From the IMG/VR virus record IMGVR_UViG_3300020219_000015: a DNA stretch of 20,000 nt, one strand, 5' to 3'. This DNA comes from an uncultured virus (IMG/VR IMGVR_UViG_3300020219_000015). Its lineage: Duplodnaviria; Heunggongvirae; Uroviricota; Caudoviricetes. Positions 15,857 through 20,000 of the stretch are shown here, piece after piece (within the stretch, counting starts at the first letter, position 1; the number at the start of each line of letters is the position of its first letter). Below the pieces are notes generated by a model. That model ran no database searches, had not been told where the DNA came from, and saw nothing but the letters and a program-made list of their open reading frames with translations. The position numbers were made by a program, and so were the translations under genes.

Positions 15857-17965
15857 TTATCCTGCTTCTACTACAGTGATTGAGTAAACAACATTTGTCT
15901 GACATCCATTAGTATCAACTACTGATACTGTGAACTCATATGTTCCGGTAGTAGTTGGTGTTCCTGTGATATCACCTGTTGTAGCACCTAGTACTAAACC
16001 TGGAGGTAAAGCACCAGCTGTAACTTCAAAGCTATAAGGAGCTGTTCCACCTGATACTGCAATTGGAGTGAATACATATGGTGTACCTACTGTTCCACCT
16101 GATACTGCACCAGCTGTTGGTACAAAGGTAAGAATAGCACAAGCACCAGGACAAGCTGCCCCACATGCATATGTTTCAAGTGCTATTGAACAATTACAAG
16201 CTGTTAACCAGGTTGCCATTGTAGACTCAAATGTAGCACTAACTGCAGTAGTTATGATCTCTAATAGATATTGATCATTATCAAATACTCCAGTTGGGTT
16301 ATTAAACCTTGGAACACTATGTAAGATAAAGTATCTATAGTATTGAGCTGATCTAATAATTGCACTAGATATATCATATCCTTGAGTTACTTCTCTAATA
16401 CGAAGATCTTCTCCAGTATAGAAGTAATTCTGCATATAGCTTTCTGATAAGATCAAGTCTCTTAAAACTTGTTCACCAAAGCCCATACCTTGTCTTGGAG
16501 GACATTGCTCAACTATACAAAGACCAGTGAATGCACATACATCTCCTGTTTCATCTACTTCAGAAGGGAGGATTTTAACTGGTTCTTTCTCAAAATAATC
16601 AGTTGGATAGAAAGTACAATCTCCAAATTTAGTGTCAATAAAGGCACCCATAATTTTCATACCTGCACAAGCACCATCAATATGGCCTGGAGATACGTAA
16701 TTATCCCATGTTGGAGTCACTGTTGCAGTAACTGTAAGTACTAATCCTGTTCCTGGTGATAACAAAGGAGAAGTTAAAGTATCTCCTACTGCATAACTTA
16801 AACCTGGATTATTAAATACTACTGCAGTTACTACTCCACCGGCAACTGTTACTGTTGCTACAGCTCCAACACCTGAACCAGAACTTTGGAATGTTACATT
16901 AGTAAATGTACCATTGTTATATCCCGAACCAGCATTAGTGATAGTTGCTGCACCAACACCTGGACTTAAATCAAATCCACCAGTGTCACCAACTTTAATA
17001 TCTTGGCCTGGAGCATACCATCCAACACCATTTTCATCATAGATTACTATATTCAAGAATGGACCTACAATTCTATTTGCAAGAAGTTCATTAGCCCATC
17101 CAATAAATACTAAAGTAGAATCAACTGGTACCGGAGTTCCACAACCTGCAGGGCAACATCCAGTGTAAGATGCAGTAGTCCAGTATCCATTACGAGATAA
17201 GTATCTCAATTCTGGTGAACCTTTAACATCTACTCTTAAGAAGTATGTTTCATCACATAAAAACTCTTTGCAGCATGTAACATCAGTTACTGCTGTGATA
17301 GCTGCTACAGTTAGTACTGCTGCAGTACCAGGAGTAAAAGTAATACCAGTTACACCAAGTACATTACCTACATCATAGAAACTACCTGGAGCAGTAATAG
17401 CAACTGCAGTGATCGCACCACCAGCTACTGTTACTGTTGCAAGGGCACCGTTACCAACTGCACCAGTTAATACTATGTTAGTATAAGTACCATTAGTGTA
17501 TCCTGTTCCAGCACCAGTAATAGTTACTGAGGCTACTCCACCACCATTAGTATAAGGAGTATTACCTACATGCACCACATTTTGGTTAGGTGTACAAGGA
17601 TCTACTCTATAAAATCTGTTTACGTATTTAGGATTGATCATTTTAGATTTGGTTGATTCCTGGTATCCACCATGGAAAGGACCAATCTTGTCATGTTGAT
17701 ATAAAGCAGTACTTGCTAGAATCAACGGTGCTCCAGTTGTAATCTGGGCATCAGCAGCAACTACTGATAAATAAGTTTTTGGATCAAAGAGTCCAAATAC
17801 ACCTAATCCTAATTGGTAAGGTGATGCTCTATTGATTAATTGTACACTAGGTACTCCGGATGTTACCAAGAATCCTGTGGTTACTCCAGAGTGGGATCCA
17901 TCAGCTGCCTGAGTAGGATGTGTCCCAATAAAGAGTTTTGCAAATGCATGATTGAAATAAGCCAT
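15857..17965 (-). CDS. Abundant structural protein, probably auxiliary capsid protein (crAss gene 74-like), 702 aa, with two inserted beta domains and a C-terminal He_PIG-type Ig domain
   Basis: Synteny (after the ring gene, before the hub-like gene); own promoter-like motif and terminator; C-terminal 'GTVGTPY...SGGTAPYSF...GALPPGL.L...TG.ITGTPT..GTY.FTV.V.D' is a putative Ig domain. Confidence 0.6.
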   Translation of the reverse strand: MAYFNHAFAKLFIGTHPTQAADGSHSGVTTGFLVTSGVPSVQLINRASPYQLGLGVFGLFDPKTYLSVVAADAQITTGAPLILASTALYQHDKIGPFHGGYQESTKSKMINPKYVNRFYRVDPCTPNQNVVHVGNTPYTNGGGVASVTITGAGTGYTNGTYTNIVLTGAVGNGALATVTVAGGAITAVAITAPGSFYDVGNVLGVTGITFTPGTAAVLTVAAITAVTDVTCCKEFLCDETYFLRVDVKGSPELRYLSRNGYWTTASYTGCCPAGCGTPVPVDSTLVFIGWANELLANRIVGPFLNIVIYDENGVGWYAPGQDIKVGDTGGFDLSPGVGAATITNAGSGYNNGTFTNVTFQSSGSGVGAVATVTVAGGVVTAVVFNNPGLSYAVGDTLTSPLLSPGTGLVLTVTATVTPTWDNYVSPGHIDGACAGMKIMGAFIDTKFGDCTFYPTDYFEKEPVKILPSEVDETGDVCAFTGLCIVEQCPPRQGMGFGEQVLRDLILSESYMQNYFYTGEDLRIREVTQGYDISSAIIRSAQYYRYFILHSVPRFNNPTGVFDNDQYLLEIITTAVSATFESTMATWLTACNCSIALETYACGAACPGACAILTFVPTAGAVSGGTVGTPYVFTPIAVSGGTAPYSFEVTAGALPPGLVLGATTGDITGTPTTTGTYEFTVSVVDTNGCQTNVVYSITVVEAG
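16718..17539 (-). repeat. Two dispersed ~82-aa protein repeats (17294-17539 and 16718-16960)
   Basis: GVASVTITGAGTGYTNGTYTN...ATVTVAGGAITAV...PG..Y.VG versus GVGAATITNAGSGYNNGTFTN...ATVTVAGGVVTAV...PG..Y.VG. Confidence 0.9.
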
Positions 17966-18007
17966 TGTTTTTTAGTTTTTAGTTATACACAAAATTTATA
18001 CACATAT

Positions 18008-18040
18008 TATAATATAAAGATAATAAATTTAAAATCCAAA
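18008..18040 (-). promoter_or_regulatory. Putative promoter TTTGGA-N18-TATATTATA, copy 2
   Basis: TCCAAA at 18035-18040 and TATAATATA at 18008-18016 (+ strand), in the intergenic gap upstream of the 702-aa gene. Confidence 0.6.
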
Positions 18041-18056
18041 TAAAATATTAATTATT

Positions 18057-18485
18057 TTATTTAAGAAAAATTAATTTATATTTTGTTGAATTAAATTGGG
18101 TTTTTACATTATCAAGATCATTAATAATCTCACTATAAGGCATTTTAACTTGTAAAGCTGTTACCATTGCTATCATATCTCTAAGATACTTTACTCCATC
18201 ATCTACAGACTTCAATATTTTAGGTGATACTTCAGTATAAACTAGAAGTTTTTCACTAGCTCCTTGGTATCCTTCTGCTACATCATCAGCAAGTCCTGGT
18301 AATGCATCATAGATTTCATTAAGAGCTTTATGACCAGCATATGATCCGGTGCCAGTAATCTTAAGATGTAACTTATGAAAAGATACTGCAGCATTCATTA
18401 ATTCTGATACACAAGCAGCTGTTAAAGAATCTACTGATCCTGTTGTAGAGGACATACTTGCTAATTTTCTTGGTATCGTGTCCAT
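18057..18485 (-). CDS. Ferritin/Dps-like four-helix-bundle protein, 142 aa
   Basis: 'FHKLHLKITG.GSYAGHKALNEIYD...DDVAEGYQG' matches the Dps pattern H-W/L...H...D..AE; C-terminal 'YKLIFLK'. Confidence 0.8.
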   Translation of the reverse strand: MDTIPRKLASMSSTTGSVDSLTAACVSELMNAAVSFHKLHLKITGTGSYAGHKALNEIYDALPGLADDVAEGYQGASEKLLVYTEVSPKILKSVDDGVKYLRDMIAMVTALQVKMPYSEIINDLDNVKTQFNSTKYKLIFLK

Positions 18486-18494
18486 AAAATATAA

Positions 18495-19199
18495 TTAGTT
18501 ATTCTTTTCTGCTGCCTGACTTTCTCTTGAGTACTGATTCATAGCTTCTATATCACCTGCTAGTATTGCTACAGTGTCATCAATGATTACTTCAATGACA
18601 TCATCTTTTAATTCTGAAGTTACATTAACTGTAACTACCTGTTGTGTTTCAAGACTTACACAACCTATAATCTGTATATTCCGGGGTTTTGTATAGTACA
18701 CCATCTTTGTGGATGCTACTGTAAAATCTCCACCTGTATATACTCTGACTTTATTTCCTATTAAAGTAATAAAGGTTTCTCCCCAATCATAACTTGGTCT
18801 TTTGTTTTCATCTTTGAGATAGTTAACAGCATTGGCTTCTTCTCCAAGATAGACTGTCATCAGGCGGGGCTCTTTGCAACAGTCTTTAGTTGCAAATAGC
18901 TCCAACCTTTTAAACTCTAAAAAATCTGCAGGTAATACACTTGATTCACTGAAGAGAGGAGCATGTACAAGTTCCATAGAAACTGTAGTTAGAAGAGTCT
19001 CAAGATCTGAAACTCTTCTTTTAGATTGCTCATCTCCTTGTCTTAGGATATTAGAACCTACTAGTTGTCTTCTGCACCATTCAATTTGGGCCTTATTGAA
19101 AGCCTCAACAATTTGCCAGCATTCTATGTTATCATAGTCCTTGCTATCAAGCTTGTTGAGTCTTTCTTTAACCTTTATTTGAATAGCTGCATTATTCAT
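18495..19199 (-). CDS. Head-tail ring / adaptor protein (crAss gene 75-like), 234 aa
   Basis: 'LNKLDS..Y...I...FNKAQ...EQSKRRVSDLETL...LPADFL...YYTKPRNI...SEL...EVIID.TV' matches my recollection of crAss-like gene-75/ring proteins; synteny fits. Confidence 0.7.
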   Translation of the reverse strand: MNNAAIQIKVKERLNKLDSKDYDNIECWQIVEAFNKAQIEWCRRQLVGSNILRQGDEQSKRRVSDLETLLTTVSMELVHAPLFSESSVLPADFLEFKRLELFATKDCCKEPRLMTVYLGEEANAVNYLKDENKRPSYDWGETFITLIGNKVRVYTGGDFTVASTKMVYYTKPRNIQIIGCVSLETQQVVTVNVTSELKDDVIEVIIDDTVAILAGDIEAMNQYSRESQAAEKNN

Positions 19200-19202
19200 C
19201 TA

Positions 19203-19322
19203 CTACTTCTTTTTACCCATTTTTTTAACTGCTACACCTTTCTTTACAGAAGGGTTTACTTTTGCAGAAGAATTTGAATTTTTCATTCCTCCTGTTTTGT
19301 AAGCTGGTTTTTTAGTTGCCAT
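19203..19322 (-). CDS. Very basic 39-aa peptide MATKKPAYKTGGMKNSNSSAKVNPSVKKGVAVKKMGKKK
   Basis: Manual translation, below the ORF-track cutoff. Fills the gap exactly (2 nt after the upstream stop, 3 nt before the next ATG); A-rich leader. Confidence 0.75.
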   Translation of the reverse strand: MATKKPAYKTGGMKNSNSSAKVNPSVKKGVAVKKMGKKK

Positions 19323-19324
19323 TT

Positions 19325-19516
19325 TTATTTACGATTTGATTTATCAAATGTTACTTTACCTCCTGATTCATGGCAAAATGGATAGTGTCCAGCATTTGCC
19401 TCAAATACTGACATAGGATTAGGATTTTTAACTCCTCCTACACCTTGTCCAGTTTTACCATATGCAGCTAATTTAGCAGCACCAATAGCTGACTCTGTTT
19501 TGTTTGAATAATTCAT
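19325..19516 (-). CDS. Small hypothetical protein, 63 aa
   Basis: ORF track; AAAACTAAA leader motif; tight packing. Confidence 0.7.
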   Translation of the reverse strand: MNYSNKTESAIGAAKLAAYGKTGQGVGGVKNPNPMSVFEANAGHYPFCHESGGKVTFDKSNRK

Positions 19517-19538
19517 GATATTTTAGTTTTAGTTATTA

Positions 19539-19748
19539 TTAATTAGGAATTTTATTCTTATCCTGTGGAATTACTGTTTTGTACCTGGCATCCCTAGGAC
19601 TTACCCGGCCAAGCTCTTTTATCTGAGCTGCATATTTAGATTCAGCATATGCTTTAGGATCTGCATACATATCATTGTATGCATCTACTAATCCAGATAG
19701 ATACTCTTTGTTATCAAATTTCTGAATCTTAGGTTGTTTTATTGCCAT
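19539..19748 (-). CDS. Small basic hypothetical protein, 69 aa
   Basis: ORF track; AAAACTAAA leader motif; tight packing. Confidence 0.7.
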   Translation of the reverse strand: MAIKQPKIQKFDNKEYLSGLVDAYNDMYADPKAYAESKYAAQIKELGRVSPRDARYKTVIPQDKNKIPN

Positions 19749-19750
19749 GG

Positions 19751-20000
19751 TTATTTAGTTTTAATATTATTTATAGATAAATACTTTATTAAATTTAGTA
19801 AAATTGTAGTATCATCATTAACTAGTCCTAACATGATGTTACACTTACTACATAATAAGCCTCTAACTTCTCCAGTTTTATGATCATGATCTACTGCTAA
19901 TGCTTTACTTAATTCTGATTGATGTATTTTACATATTAAACACTGACCATATTGATTAATAAATAATTTATTATAATCATCTAAAGATATATTATATTTC
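19751..20000 (-). CDS. Endonuclease VII-family (His-Me finger) homing endonuclease, C-terminal part; start lies outside the window
   Basis: Manual translation: KYNISLDDYNKLFINQYGQCLICKIHQSELSKALAVDHDHKTGEVRGLLCSKCNIMLGLVNDDTTILLNLIKYL..., showing the CxxC...VDHDH...RGLLCxxCN signature. Confidence 0.9.
   Translation of the reverse strand, partial: KYNISLDDYNKLFINQYGQCLICKIHQSELSKALAVDHDHKTGEVRGLLCSKCNIMLGLVNDDTTILLNLIKYLSINNIKTK

Noticed and set aside
2591..19277. All plus-strand ORFs in the track (e.g. 8878-9237, 9739-10110, 10662-10928, 16469-16744, 18874-19137)
   Set aside because: Short antisense shadows of long minus-strand genes, with no recognisable motifs or leaders.
1..20000. Stop-codon reassignment (TAG or TGA), known in some Crassvirales
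   Set aside because: Genes are long and tightly packed under code 11. The TAG stops at 11832, 14618 and 19203 fall at plausible gene ends, and read-through gives nothing meaningful.
1..20000. CRISPR array, tRNA or rRNA genes
   Set aside because: No regularly spaced DNA repeats or cloverleaf seen; the largest intergenic gaps (about 140 nt or less) are explained by terminators and promoter-like motifs.

Overview
AT-rich, densely packed window whose credible genes all lie on the minus strand. It reads as the virion morphogenesis module of an environmental crAss-like (Crassvirales-type) podovirus, probably infecting Bacteroidota; this is recognised from motifs and gene order, with no database search. 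In transcription order (right to left): EndoVII-type homing endonuclease (partial), three small basic ORFs, ring/adaptor protein, ferritin/Dps-like protein, 702-aa auxiliary-capsid-like protein with its own promoter and terminator, tail-hub-like protein, GIY-YIG endonuclease, several very Cys-rich structural proteins, three fibre/spike genes plus two probable chaperones, an FN3 protein, IHF-like protein, two ring/tubular proteins and the muzzle/tail-stabilisation protein (partial). Main observations: (1) a candidate plug-and-socket appendage system, in which two Cys-rich scaffolds end in the same 25-aa tag (WL..G..G.....[FY]FLQ.DG..WLL) and the next three unrelated fibre/spike proteins begin with the same ~43-aa KRVDQF module; (2) about 6% Cys in several virion proteins, with an EGF-like motif and a 6-Cys tandem repeat, suggesting a disulfide- or metal-stapled virion; (3) a 3'-UTR hairpin whose loop is complementary to a leader motif shared by two genes; (4) a repeated bipartite promoter-like motif, TTTGGA-N18-TATATTATA.
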